64,000 bases of DNA from Trichoplax adhaerens (Eukaryota; Animalia; Placozoa): contig NW_002060949.1 in assembly GCF_000150275.1 (NCBI RefSeq), forward strand, positions 3,602,449 to 3,666,448. Direction: 5' to 3'. Positions 28,811-43,400 of this stretch are shown here, piece after piece. Position 1 is the first letter of the stretch, and each line of letters begins with the position of its first letter. The notes beneath the pieces are model-generated. The model saw nothing but the letters and a program-made list of their open reading frames with translations, did no database searches and was not told where the DNA came from. Position numbers and translations under genes: made by a program.

Positions 28811-29794
28811 TTCATTTATTAGTTATTACTGGTATGCGATGAATACAGTACTCGTCTAGTCGTATTCATAAATTAAAGGAAATTAACAACCAACTACGGA
28901 TCTGTCTCTTAAATAATCGTAACAAGATGTAAGCGTATAGAATTATTATTCATTAACTACCGCCTACCGGTACGCGAATAGTTATCGGACGCTTACGGCA
29001 AGTAAGGTATACAGTATAATATTGCATTACTGTACAAATAAATCATAATAAGGACAGTCTCTACTTTTATTCTACTCTACTGTACCACTACTACTGTATT
29101 TGGCAAAGCAAAGACCTGGTCATTTTGACCAGTCAATAATTATTTACATGCTGTCGAATCATTTCAACAAAAATTCGATTCATATACATTGTATAGTATG
29201 GTAGCAAAGAGATGCTAAAAAGAGACTCGTGGCTCCAATTTCAACTGTTTTTTTACCTTGTAACAATAGTAACAATTTACTGTATACGAGTATAATAATT
29301 GTTACCTTAGCAAGTCTACTTCCTGAGGCGCAAAGTAGGATTATTTAATATTGAATTTGGGGCAAATGCTGTAGGCCAAGCCAGATCCAATGACGTTCAT
29401 TAACTTAATCAACAAAATGTTTACACGTTAATGTGAGAGAATTTTGCTAGTTGTTGATTGATTGAATATGGTTTCGCTGTTATTGCACATCGACTGGAAA
29501 GCGATTTCTTACGTCTCAAACATCCTGATCCAGTACTACAGTACAGCAGTATTATATTTACGTACTGTACTTTACTGCACAGTAGTCTACTATACAGACC
29601 GGCACGCCTATACTGTAGATTTAAATTAAAAAGAGAAAGATAAACGTCTATGGTCACACCTGTGCCGAGTATACTGTACACTGTACAGTACACTGTACGG
29701 AATATACTGTACATACAATGTACTGTAATGAACGGTCCGGGTCCGGTTCGGTACCGTACACTGTACTGTACTGTTACTGGGACTAACTGGAACT

Positions 29795-30095
29795 AGAAGG
29801 AGACCAGGACTGTTTCCTCCCTGGGACAGACGACAGACATACTGTACAGTACTGTACTGTACTGTACTGTAGTCTAGGACTTATTGGGACTTGACGGAGA
29901 CCAGGACTGGTTCCTTCCTCGGACAGACGACAGACATACTGTAATGTTATAGTACTGTAGTCTAGGACTTACTCGGACTTGACGGAGACCAGGACTGGTT
30001 CCTTCCTCGGACAGACGACAGACATAATGTTAATGGACAGACATACTGTAATGAGTTGACGGAGACTAGGACTGGTTCCCCCTTCGGACAGACGG
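29795..30095. repeat. Four-copy tandem repeat of about 75-97 bp in the SLC22A18/APOO divergent intergenic region
   Basis: GGAGACCAGGACTGGTTCC...GGACAGACG occurs at about 29799, 29896, 29985 and 30061. Spacers differ in TACTG copy number. Confidence 0.85.
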
Positions 30096-30596
30096 ACTCC
30101 CCCTATTGAATGAGGCCGTCAACATTGAAAATACTCACCAGTATGGGATGGATCTTCCGTGTCTGTTTTCTAATTCACGGATACTAATTGAAGTAACATC
30201 GATAATCTTATGTAACTATTTTCAAGCAGAACTTACGGATCAAAGTTGATCCGAGCTTAGTAGTGAATAAGATTCAACGTCATATTACTTCATTAAAAAA
30301 AAAATAGTCAATTCAAAATGGAACTCCTGCATACGAAAGTACTGCCACAACGAAGTGTTTGGTACAATATTTGGACCAGAAGAGGCCGGCGATGTCTGTC
30401 CGTCCGAGAGTGACCAAGTCTTCTTCGAGCAGTCGGAGTCGACAGTGAAGTTCAACACTGCAGTTAGGTACGATACGTTTACAGTACTGCGCTTTCGATA
30501 CAGTACGACTACCATAGACCGCTGACTGCTACAGACTATAGAGGCTCAAGCAAACACCATCAGTACTGAATCGCTTGTGGAAGGGAATGACCCAAA

Positions 30597-33153
30597 ATGG
30601 CGTCACTACCGATCATGGTAAGAGTTGAGAAAGTTGATCATTGTTGCTACTATTTTTTACAAGCCAACGGCGATATTTAGCTTTATTCTGTAGCGTAATA
30701 ATTAGCATAAGGTAGTTCTACGTTAAGGCTTGATATTAAAATACTAAAGTGTATGAGTATTCGGACAGTATGGTAAGGTAATAATGGCTTATTTTTGTAT
30801 ACAAAATTGCATATCAATGCAACACAAGCATGATGGTGTAGATGATATCACGTAGGGCTTACTGGATTGAGATATAGCGAAAGCCAATCAATTAAATTAA
30901 CCTTGAAATCTGCTCTTATGTTCAATTGCACTGAAAAATTCATCTATTTCAATTTTATGGTAAAGGCTGGACGATTCATTGCTATCACTCTGCCTGCTGG
31001 TTCTATATTGCTAGCAAACACGTCAATGGCTGACTCTGGAAATGATACTATTGATCCATCTGAGGTATCGTCAATTTCTTCATCAAGTGCTGCTTTCTCG
31101 GCAGTTGTAATCGCCATTTACTATGTACATACATGTATGGTCATTGTTGCAGTAGATGAGATTTCTGTGCATGCAGTTGGCCAAATCTGCTTTGCATGCG
31201 TTGTACCATCCCCCATTGTTAGTGTACACGATAACATTACTGACTGGTAACCTTTTTTTCCGACAGCAATATCGGACTAATTTTAGAATGGCATGCATAT
31301 GCATTCGTATATATCTTACAGTTAGCGTATCGACAAGAAAACAAGCTGAACAAAGGCTATATCGAGGCATACTGATGAATTAACAAGTTCAAAAATATAC
31401 GTAATACGTATGCTATATAGTAGATTGAGTGCAATAGCATATTCGTGGTCAAGAAAATACCATATCCATCATTGTAAACTATGACAGACATGATAGTATG
31501 CCAACTTCTACAATAGCGTAGTGATTAGTCCTATTGCAATAGTAAATGATTTGTACTATGTATTTTATCCGATGCTGTTGACATTGATATTGATGCTCAT
31601 TGCCTATACTGTACAGTACGTCGTACGGGTACAGCAAACACCCTGCTAAGACGTGATTCCATCGTACTAGTGCAGCAACAACTGAGATAAACTTACCACA
31701 TACAACAACCAATGAACGAATTCTAAAATATTGACTGGTGCTTTTTTTCTAGTTTCCTGTCCTGATTTATTTAAATTAATGATAATATTATTAATGGTAA
31801 ATTGATTGCGTCATTTTACTATCCTAGTTACCAATCTATGATGTGGAAGAAGCATCCGTCAAATACCCTAAACGAACGAAATCAACATTAGAAACTTACG
31901 TATCGACTACAAGAAAATCTGTTTATGATATTACTAGGCAATTGATAGTAAGCATTTCTTCTAAATTCCTAATTAGAACTGAATACAATTCAAATAGGCA
32001 AGCTATAGTTGCACAACGTACAGTATATAGACTAAATGAATGAGCGTGATGGATTCATTAACTAATTTATGCAAGGATATAATGATGTGTTTCATACTTT
32101 TTTGTTATTAAGGACATAACGCATGGAGTTAGGAATTCTGTCACTAGTGCTAAGGAAAGAATTACTTGTAAGTATTTTATGAGGTGTTGTTTCAATAACG
32201 ATTCCGCAGATACAAATTAACTGATTGCTACAGATAATAAGTAGACTTAATATCTGACTGATGTTTTGCTATCTCTAGCTACGACACAAGATATCATTAA
32301 CAAAGAAGGCCTTCTGCCTCGGGTAGGACTGATTGGATTTGCAGGATTAACAGGATTTGTCATAGCTGGTCGAAGTAGGTTACATTTTAAGATTTCCATT
32401 TTATACCCTTCATTTAAGTAATAAGGACAATGAGAATAATCGCTATATATTTCAATGATGCAGGGAAAGGAATTTTTAGGCGCTTTTTCTATCCAGTTGG
32501 CTTTTTAACCGTTTCGTCTATGCTCTGTTACCCAGTTGAAACTGTCAATATTAGTAGAAGTACCTGGAGATATGCAAAGCATTGGTATAGCGGTGATCCT
32601 ATTGATGAAGTTCAGGTTAATACGCGTTAAGAATTATGAAAATACCAAGCTGTAATATCTGTTAAATTTTAAAATTCTTTCCGCTTTAAAGGAAAAAAAT
32701 GGTGACAGCCTACTATCAATTGCTAATTCGATAAAAACAACCGTTAATAAGGGTCTCACTACATTATCATCTTCGCTTAACTCTAATGATAATAAGACTG
32801 CAAGCAATTCAGAAAATGAAGAATTGGAGGATACTGCCCCTGCGGTCAAAGATAGCACTGATAATATCGTTAATGAAACTTCGGAAACTACTGAAAGCTT
32901 AGAATTAAGTAAGGATAATTTACACCAAGATAATGAAGAAAATCTGGAAGTTTCACAAACGATTGATGATAGCAACAAAGAATCAGAACTTGAACCTGAA
33001 CCACCTGTTGACAAGAAAGAAACGGAGCCTAAAGTTACAGGTGATTACGGGCAGTCAAGCCCAGAGGATGACAAGAAAGAAATGAAGCCTAAAATTATAG
33101 GAGATTACGGGCAGTCGAGCCCAGAGGATTCTGACATGTATACCACTCGCTAA
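30597..33153 (+). CDS. APOO: MICOS subunit MIC26/MIC27 (apolipoprotein O family), about 334 aa
   Basis: Exons 30597-30617, 30966-31064, 31828-31947, 32113-32167, 32279-32374, 32464-32615 and 32692-33153 join in frame. Motifs are ELPIY, LPRVGLIGFAGLTGFVIA and YP..CYP, with the APOOL-like C-terminus DYGQSSPEDSDMYTTR. Confidence 0.88.
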
Positions 33154-34260
33154 CAAAATGCCAGCGTTTTAGTTATCGTATTTAATTAATTAAAGCAGAT
33201 TTCAATCTATTCCTTCATGCTCTGCGCAAATGAATATGTAACTGTATCAATGCATTAAGGTGCATTAGACTTTTTCAAACTTATCGAATTTTAAGTGGTA
33301 GTAACATATTTGCAACTGCGCTGAAAAGCTTATCACACTTTTTTATTACATCTGGTTTAATAGTGATAGAATAAAATAAAAATATGTATTATTCAAAACC
33401 GAAACAGAAAAATCTAAAGAAGCATGGGTATATTTATAAGTCAGTAATCGCATGATTTATGACCGAAGTGCCATGTGCCATATAGAATTATCGATTTTCA
33501 GATAAATACGAGTATGTTCTGAGTAGTTTTAAACTTTTAGTGAGTACGATAGAAAAGTAATTTTGACATGATAATACTGCATACAATATTCGTGGTCTTG
33601 CTTGTTGAAGTCGACAGGGGAAGAATCATTTCTAGTAACTAAACGTGTTAATATTCTGCAGGCGTAATAGGCGCTCAGTACTGCAACTAGCAAAATACAA
33701 CTAACCAATTAACCATCATAGTTTACACACAACTAGCAAGACTTCTGACAAGCCCGCATAGAAATGAATTATGCTGTAAAGGGTTATTATTTATCACCTT
33801 TATACCTATAAAAACGAGCGATAGACGCAGAAAGTTACTCATAGGGTGTTTTATTTCACAGCCGTACAATTGTGTCGCAATCAGCAAGCTACCTTCATTC
33901 CATTTGCAATTATGATTCTGCACAACAGCGTTGTGAATAAGAACACTGCAGTTACTTGACGATTTTTGATACAACTTACATTGAGAGCAACTGTAAGAAA
34001 ATAATCGGTATTCAGAAATAAATTTAATGACGAGGAAAGATAGAACAATTATGGAATGGAAGTGCTCTTTCTCAGTAATATTATTTGTTATAGTATTCGA
34101 AATTTTCAACACCTGCCTGAGCATTACATGCTCACATATTACGTAAAGACAGGTTACAACATTATTATTGATGTTATTGAATGCACAATTAAGTCTTCGC
34201 GTTGCATAGTGTACATTGATATATTACATGATTAAATCGACGTATGATTTGTTTATGGAG

Positions 34261-37200
34261 TCAATCACACGCTGGTTCAGGTTCATCCTGAAGTTCTTCC
34301 TTTAATACATTTACATGAACTTGATTATCAAATAAATCCTCTGCGATTGGTAATTCGCAAAAGTGATTATGTGATTCTTGACGGAATATCTCTATATACA
34401 ACTTTCCATTATTAAGTATCACAAATAACAGTTGAGAATATGCATCTTTACAGGCCCTTTGATAAGCAAGCTTGGTCGATTTCGCTCTACTATTGACAAT
34501 ATTGGACAAGTTACCTAATAAGCAATAATCATGTTAGTAAAGTAGCTTCGTTAAGTTTCAGTTGTAGTAAGAAGACATTAATGCGTCTTTAATGTCAAGT
34601 AGGTCTGTACTGTAATATACCTTTAAGTGCTGGTTGCAGTATACACAACAAATAATTATCTGAAGTAAGATAAAGCCAGAGTACGCACTATAATATCTAA
34701 GTTATATGCAAAACTGAATCAGATTTACAATTACAATCAATAAGGATGGATTTTTTATAGGACTTTGTAGCTTGTTAGTATACTTAAACTGCCTATAGCC
34801 CTGACAATCAACAATCATGAGTTAACAATGACAACGGTGATACATTGGATAAATTACAGTACTATTTTTTGATATTGAAGTTGTGGTGATGCATCATTAA
34901 AATACCTGGATCGTTGGTATTAGGAACTATTTCCGCTAATCCGTCACCGATGGCATAAATATCCGAATACCTTGGGAAAGCCATTCTTATGCGACACTGC
35001 ATACAGCGAATTTGTTTGCTAGGCTTTTCGTCGGGCTTATTTAGATTATCAATTTTCAACTGTTGCAGAGATTTTTGATCTTGTAAAGAATCCTCCGTTT
35101 GATCTACTTCTCTCAGCTATAAAACGCATACAGTATTGTATAAAATAAGAGTCTTTAATTAATAAAACATTGCCAATAGACGGGAAAATACTTTAATTTG
35201 AATTTGTAAATATTGATTGTCATATCTTTGGGTATCAGGAACTAATAATAACTCGTTCATATATTGCGCAGAATAATTTCATTCTATTTACTACTATTAC
35301 TGCATGGTAATATTGATGAACGTAGTATACAACCTACCGAAACTATATTTACCGACCAGCCATTGAAACCAAGGTAAAAGTTAGCTAAATCGTAACATTT
35401 CCAAAGAGGCAAAATCATTTTAAAGGCTTGTTTATTTTTCGGATTAGCAAAGTTGACCTACGAGGTGTAAATAATTGGAACACTATTTTACTCAACCATT
35501 TATTTATACATCTATAATAAATGTTTATTGTCAGTTCATTTCTAATTGTAAGTACTATTCTCCGTTAGTGCTATTACAAGGCGTATTATACGTACTTTAT
35601 AATGAGGTAAAAAAGTAGTCTCGCTTTGCTATATAATGCATCGTTATAATATACGCGTATTAAAAGTATGAATAATTCTATGTCAGTTATGGTTAAGATA
35701 GACCAAGAGTTGGATAGCATTTCCAATTGTTATCAAGTGGTTATGCAACTAAAATATATATTAGACTATTCTACGTCTACCTTTAAATTTCTAGTCGTAT
35801 TTTTATACTATGCGCATACTAAATGAGTCCTATTTCATTGCAATTATTATACAATGAATCGAACAAGCTATCCTCTCAGAAAAGTCAGTAATTTTCTGGT
35901 ATTAATTAACATCAAGTCCAGTACATATCGACAGATAGATAGCGCATATTGTATATTTTGCAAAAGTTATTATTCACTTTCGCTGAGCAAAAAGGGTATA
36001 ACGCAACTACATTAAGCATAAACTATGCTATTATCAACATGCTGCTATAAATACTGGTGTACCTTCATTGCTCGGAAACCTATAAACCATCTGCCATTGA
36101 GTTCCTTTTGTGCTTGAATGGCAGCCACTTTGGAATAATACTGAACAAAAGCATACTGGGCAGAAGCAAACCCTTCATCTGCATCATGGAAAATGAACTA
36201 CGAATTAATTGGCATCAAGATTTCATTGAAATTAGCATCTATTACCGTAATAGTAAGATTGTAAGTTACACCGAGTACAATGAGATCTTTAATTTTATTA
36301 AGCGTACAGTTATGTTCCGTTTTAAGTACAAGACGTATCCGACTTGAGACTGACTTATGGCTCATGGTTGAATTTATAGTGAAGTCATACGACATCACAT
36401 TCTTCCTCTTCATGTCCTTAATTCTAAGTTGTGAGTGTTGCTACTGAATAACATATATACCTTTAGATGGTTCGTTTTCGAAACATTTTATACCACAGAT
36501 CAATCCAAAGGCGGAGCAAATACTTTCTAGTCTTTCCTGAATGATTTAATAGCATTGAGTATCTTGAAAATTTTAAAATTTTAATCCGTATGACCGATCC
36601 ATTACCCGTATATCAATATGTTTATTTACAAAGTTATGATTACGAATTGATGTCAGCGTAGGTTTTATTTTTAGCACGCATTAGTAGTGCGCTCATCGTA
36701 TATTGATGATCTATAATATAATCCTACCTAATAATAAAGGGATGTTCGCTTTGACCGTTACGTAGCGGAAGTATCTATATACTGTACAGTAGTAAGAAAC
36801 AATCTGGCTATGACTTTCCTTTCAAAGTCTTGCTTTGTATAGAATATATACCCGTTCAAAATTTGAAGGGAAACTTTACTAGTATATAGAATAAGTGCGG
36901 TGATGACTCAATGTAAACATGTACAATTAATCAAATCTATCCACCGTAATTAAAAATGGGAGAGAAGTAGAGCCAGTAGATAACGTAGCTTGTGAATGGC
37001 TGGGGTAGAAATTATTTTACAGCAGAGATGCTGTTCATAGACACTCTGATGAGCATTTTACTGAGTATATCATGCTCCAGTAATGGTGACTATTTTTCAC
37101 TTGGAAATGCAAGGGCTATACGAGTACGTACAAGCACGTAGCATCCTACAGTACAGTGCTGGCCATCGTTGCAGTATGCCACCGGTAGGTTAGCGTAGAG

Positions 37201-37544
37201 CGGCAATTGTGCAATGGCTAGCTTGTATCGGACAGTTTTCTACCACATTATGAGCCTTTGAAAATTGGCTAGCACTGCGTAGAGCAGCATCTATCTTTGT
37301 AGTCAATGAACGATGCCTTAAAGTAACGCGGGGCGAGTGATGATGTTCGATAATGCAACAGTGATTTACAATTTTGAATAGAATGAATCAAGTCATTGAT
37401 GGAATTGACAATCGCTGCTACGCTATTTAGTCCTAGTTATACCTGAATATTAGCAGAAGAAAGAGAAGAAGGGAAATTACTGACGAAAAGCGTCTTGGTA
37501 TAATCTGGTTGATAAAAATCGACAATTTCCTTGACCATTTCCAT
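34261..37544 (-). CDS. RDM1: RAD52 motif-containing protein 1 (RRM plus RD motif), about 292 aa
   Basis: Exons 37544-37443, 36536-36461, 36178-36063, 35457-35338, 35116-34906 and 34514-34261 join in frame. The RRM has KTLFVSN..FGLI..YAFVQYYS. The RAD52 motif is KCYDLANFYLGFNGWS, and the C-terminal region has LLFVILNNGK. Confidence 0.85.
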
Positions 37545-37679
37545 GGCATTGAATGTACTGTATAGGAGCGCTGCGGTAAAGCGTTGATCAAATGGACTAA
37601 TTCCTTTAGCAAGTAGTGGTTTCACCCTTTGCAGCCAAGGCAATAAGCCTGTGCTGTAGTCATCATGTCGTAGCCAAAG

Positions 37680-38450
37680 GGACTGAACTTGAGATTTGGT
37701 TGTTTAATGGAGAGATTGCAGCAGGGGCAGAAGTTGAGATTAGGGTGTTGAATGGGGAGACTGCAGAAGTTGAGATTTGGCTGTTGAATGGAGAGACTGC
37801 AGAAGTTGAGATTTAGCTGTTGAATGGAGAGACTGCAGAAGTTGAGATTTGGCTGTTGAATGGAGAGACTGCAGAAGTTGAGATTTGGCTGTTGAGTGGA
37901 GAGACTGCAGAAGTTGAGATTTGGCTGTTGAATGGAGAGACTGCAGAAGTTGAGATTTGGCTGTTGAGTGGAGAGACTGCAGAAGTTGAGATTTGGCTGT
38001 TGAAGTTGAGATTTGGCTGTTGAATGGAGAGACTGCAGAAGTTGAAATTTAGCTGTTGAATGGAGAGACTGCAGAAGCTGAGATTTAGCTGTTGAATGGA
38101 GAGACTGCAGAAGTTGAGATTTGGCTGTTGAAGTTGAGATTTAGCTGTTGAATGGAGAGACTGCAGAAGTTGAGATTTGGCTGTTGAATGGAGAGATTGC
38201 AGAAGTTGAGATTTGGCTGTTGAATGGAGAGACTGCAGAAGTTGAGATTTGGCTGTTGAATGGAGAGACTGCAGAAGTTGAGATTTAGCTGTTGAATGGA
38301 GAAACTGCAGAAGTTGAGATTTGGCTGTTGAGTGGAGAGACTGCAGAAGTTGAGATTTAGCTGTTGAATGGAGAGACTGCAGAACTTGAGATTTGGCTGT
38401 TCAATCCACAGACTGCAGCAGGGACTGAACTTGAGATTTGGCTGCTCAAT
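37680..38450. repeat. 36-bp minisatellite (about 20 copies) just upstream of RDM1
   Basis: The unit TTGAATGGAGAGACTGCAGAAGTTGAGATTTGGCTG is head-to-tail with no spacers, with two shortened units. Confidence 0.95.
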
Positions 38451-38869
38451 GCCGATGAAAATGATCTTTTACTTGTTTTGGCTGGTGTTGATGTTTTGAA
38501 CTTTGATGGATTTTGGTGCGTAGAAGTGCCCATACGCAGATTTTGGCTTGGACTAGTGTATGAATTTGCAGTGATGACTCGATCTCTACCAGTACTGCAA
38601 TACAGTTACTAGCATGGAATAGACGAGTAGTGGATTTCCAGTACAGTACACTGAGTACAGTGGACTACAGTGCTGTACGACGGACATACGGACGTAGTCC
38701 TACGTCCAGTACTCTGTAGAGTACGTACCATGGTTAGTTGACAGGCTTTGACGGAAATGAACGAATTACGCAGGCGTATTCCGCCAGAAGCGGAAGTGCG
38801 CATCCGCATTCCGTTCCATTGGGTAGTTTACTGGGCAGTGAGCCTCTAGTGTCTGTTGACGAGGTTGTA

Positions 38870-40400
38870 GGTTGTAGACTGTCGTCTGGACTGGTAGACA
38901 GCACAGTATACTGTCTTCAGTATTGTACAGTACAGTGTACAGTGTACAGTACCACCCTGACGTACTGTAAGGGATGGACTGGGGTCCAGCGCAGAGTGTA
39001 CAGTACTGTGCTCTCCAGTATTTGTACTGTACACTGTAGGCCAAGACGGTCGAGATCTCCTTCAACCACTACCAGTTGGAAATAGACCAGCGACGAGCAC
39101 AACCAGAGCGTCGTCTAGACTCGTAGACAGTACAGTATACTGTCTTCAGTATGGATGTTCGGGTTAGCAGCGATTGGTCTACAGTCCATACTGTACAGTG
39201 TACAGTGTACAGTACCACCCGACGTACTGTAAGGGATAGACTGGAGTCCAGCGCAGAGTGTACAGTACAGTACTGTGCTCTCCAGTATTTATACTGTCTT
39301 CAGTATGGATGTTCGGGTTGGCAGCGATTGATCTACAGTCCATACAGTACAGTACAGTACAGTGTACAGTGTACAGTACTGTACCACCCCGACGTACAGT
39401 ACAGTGTACAGTAAGGGATGAACTGGAGTCCAGCGCAGAGTGTACAGTACTGTGCTCTCCAGTACTTGTACTGTACACTGTAGGCCAAGACGGTCGAGAT
39501 CTCCTTCAACCACTACCAGTTGGAAATAGACCAGCGACGAGCACAACCAGACTGTCGTCTAGACTGGTAGACAGCACAGTATACTGTCTTCAGTATGGAT
39601 GCAATGGCAGCGATTGATCTACAGTCCATACTGTACAGTGTACAGTGTACAGTACCACCCGATGTACTGTACTGTACTGTAATGGATGGACTGCAGCCCA
39701 GCGCAGAGTGTACAGTACTGTGCTCTCCAGTATTTGTACTGTACACTGTAGGCCAAGACGGTCGAGATCTCCTTCAACCACTACCAGTTGGAAATAGACC
39801 AGCGACGAGCACAACCAGACTGTCGTCTAGACTGGTAGACAGCACAGTATACTGTCTTCAGTATGGATGCAATGGCAGCGATTGATCTACAGTCCATACT
39901 GTACAGTGTACAGTGTACAGTACCACCCGATGTACTGTACTGTAATGGATGGACTGCAGCCCAGCGCAGAGTGTACAGTACTGTGCTCTCCAGTATTTGT
40001 ACTGTACACTGTAGGCCAAGACGGTCGAGGTCTCCTTCAACCACTACCAGTTGGAAATAGACCAGCGACGAGCACAACCAGACTGTCGTCTAGACTGGTA
40101 GACAGCACAGTATACTGTCTTCAGTATGGATGCAATGGCAACGATTGATCTACAGTCCATACTGTACAGTGTACAGTGTACAGTACCACCCCGACGTACA
40201 GTACAGTACTGTAAGGGATGAACTGGAGTCCAGCGCAGAGTGTACAGTACTGTGCTCTCCAGTACTTGTACTGTACACTGTAGGCTAAGACGGTCGAGGT
40301 CTCCTTCGACCACTACCAGTTGGAAATAGACCAGCGACGAGCAGAACTAGACTGTCGTCGACACTCGTACATAGCGCAGTATCCTCTCTTCAGTATGGAT
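38870..40400. repeat. Tandem array of about 263-268 bp rich in TACAGTA/TACTGTA motifs, ending at the TM9SF1 5' region
   Basis: CCACTACCAGTTGGAAATAGACCAGCGACGAGC is repeated. Identical ORF starts at 39595 and 39863 give the period. Confidence 0.92.
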
Positions 40401-40477
40401 GTTGGGGGCAGTGGTAAAAGCAAGTTGATACGTCAACAGTTGCGTGTTGGCAGATTGCAGTTGGAAGTGGTGCAACA

Positions 40478-43400
40478 ATGGCTTCCGTAAGCGCGTTCAC
40501 ATACTTCTTCCTCTCTTGGATCCTCTATCAAGCCAATGGAGCCACCTTTAAAGATCGAGAAAAGGTACTGTAACTTGATTTCTACCTGTCGGAAGCAAGT
40601 GGTAACACTTGGGCTTGAAGAACACGACTTGATTCGACTTTCATTTCTCCCTATATTTAGATTACCATGTATGTGAATAAAGTGGGGCCTTACTTTAATC
40701 CACATGAAACTTATCATTATTATTCTTTGCCCATTTGCCGTCCTCAAAAGGTAATTCAATCTCGTCTATTCCATTCCATTCACGGTTATCTTTTCGTCAC
40801 ATTAGCACTTTTGCCACCGTAGACTACTGTAGGGTAGACATCGATAAGGTATCTTTTGATCCACCATCGATACAATCAAGATGCTTTCTACACTACATTA
40901 GCCGACAGCAGCATAGAAGAAATCTTGTACACAACGAGTTTTGCCATCGTAGACTACTGTAGGGTAGACATCAGTAAGGTATCTTTTGATCCACCATCGG
41001 TACAATCAAGATGCTTTCTACACTACATTAGCCGACAGCAGCATAGAAGAAATCTTGTACACAACGAGTTTTGCCACCGTAGACTACTGTAGGGTAGACA
41101 TCAGTATGGTATCTTTTGATCCACCATCGATACAATCAAGATGCTTTCTACACTACATTAGCCGACAGCAGCATAGAAGAAATCTTGTACACAACGAGTT
41201 TTGCCACCGTAGACTACTGTAGGGTAGACATCAGTATGGTATCTTTTGATCCACCATCGGTACAATCAAGATGCTTTCTACACTACATTAGCCGACAACA
41301 GAATAGAAATCTTGTATACACAGACACAACGAGTTTTGCCACCGTGGCTCATCTTGTTGCAAGTACCGTAGACAATCGAATAAATTGAGTCGATTCCATC
41401 CACTTGATGTTAGGTCAGAAAGACCAATCGACAGTCAATCAATGTACTATGGCGATGGAATCACTGTCTACAGCACTACAGATTGCCATCATTGTACAGT
41501 ACAGCTACTTTTTGCTATCAATCTAGTTCAATCCAGGTTACCATCTTTTCATTGAAATCAATTCAACGCCTACTTGCTTACAAACTTTTATTGCATTTCA
41601 ATTCAAGGTGGAACATCGCAGTTTAACGTTAGGTGAAGTCTTGAAAGGGGATCGAATGGCTGTATCATCCTTTAACATCCGATTTCGAGGTTTGTACTCT
41701 ACTCAACGGACGACATATCCAGTCTAGAGCAATCATACTGTACTATCTTGGCCATCGTTGTTCATCTCATCTAGTCTTGACAAACGTATCAAGACCAGCT
41801 AAAAAATTGCAATCAATTGACATCATTTCATCAAGCATAAATAGAATAGCACTTTCTTCTATTGATACCATAATATACAGACAAATCATTTACTGTAGTA
41901 CGTTGACATTCACTCTAGTCTTGGTACTAATCAATTAATTAGGTTACGAAATGACAATAATGTTGATACACTAGCGGACGCTTTTCAAAATCCATGCCAA
42001 TGAGTAGCAGTGATTATTCATCGACGAGAACTATCCTGCAAAACAAATCAATCTATCAGCTATACTGCAGTACATCACTACCATGTTGATATTTCTACAA
42101 ATGTTAGGCTTAACCTAATACGATTGAATCAATTTGTGCGCTCAAAATGGAAACTATTACCCACAATTGAATGGAATAGTTACCAATGGATAAATCATCA
42201 TACCTGTCGTTGTCATTTATATCTTGTAACTGATCTCCTACAACTACACTACATGACCAACAATATCCCTCATAACCAGACTAGACTTCAAGTAGATCGT
42301 TGCTACTGACTTGCAATGGACAATTTTCATGACTTGTACTATACTGTAGGCCTATCGAAAAATGCCATCGATCATCCCGTCTTGATATTCTACATCGCAA
42401 TGACTAAAGCTATTGCCATGTTCAATTAGCTAATGGACAGTCTTACTATCAATTCTTTTTTAATCCAACATCAATTATTTCTTACAAATGGCGACATATG
42501 ACGTTGTTATATTATCCAACTGATGTCCTCTATACAAATCACACTATCCTATTCAACTTTTTTTTTCAATCCAATTAGGTCATGTGAATGTCTTGTATCT
42601 AAACTAAGGATTGTACTACCAATCCATTTTATCGAAAGTTGTACCATGATGATAGATGATAGTATAGCAATGTGTTCAATACAAGTATGAATGGATGAAA
42701 TCACCGTATAAAATGGAAAATACACCAAGTATCCATATTTGCCAAAAAATTAGTACACTCTATTGACAGAAATGACGATAGTACTGTCATAAAGTAGCCA
42801 AGAACTACATTGTAATGCATATCTCATGGGTTGATTTGCAATATTAATTACATCTGCCTTACATACAAAGTATGCAATATTCTATTAAAATTAAATCTTC
42901 TTACAAGCAATGCCCAAGATCTACTTTTATCAAGGATGTAATATACCTAACTATACTCATCAGTTCATTCATTCACCATATCAGTAAGATAATGTATTAA
43001 AACCATATTTTCATCCAATTAACCCCTTCAATAGGTTCCAACTTCCTGCTGTTGAATTCGATCATCATGGCACGATACCTCTTGTTTGTTCTACATTGAC
43101 AAATTCTTCAAACAATAATATAGTAACACCTTGACCAATTTTATCTTACAATCAACATCGTCTCGATATTCCATCCAATTTCTTCCATACTCTATCAAAG
43201 TATTTTTAAAATAGATTCAATTTCCTTTTAGGCAGTATTAATTAATACCTGATATACAATATCAAAGTGTTAGTTTTGATTTCAATTATCCCAAATTATA
43301 ATGGACACGTATTTCTTTAACGCTTACAGAAATGACCGTGGTAGTCTCAACTTGCTTGTAAAAGTACAGTAGACAGTATTCTACTTTCTTCTTGTATAAT

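Noticed and set aside
32634-33014. 126-aa Ser/Leu-rich minus-strand ORF (likewise 40433-40759 and 18483-18974)
   Set aside because: These are antisense or alternative-frame shadows of real exons of APOO, TM9SF1 and IRS.
37680-38450. 36-bp repeat as a CRISPR array
   Set aside because: Units are contiguous with no unique spacers, there are no cas genes, and the context is intron-containing eukaryotic DNA.
38609-41388. Many short Y/C/T/V/S-rich ORFs in the tandem arrays (also 25050-25359)
   Set aside because: They are by-products of stop-poor repeats and CAGTA-rich sequence. They overlap in several frames and show no domain signal.
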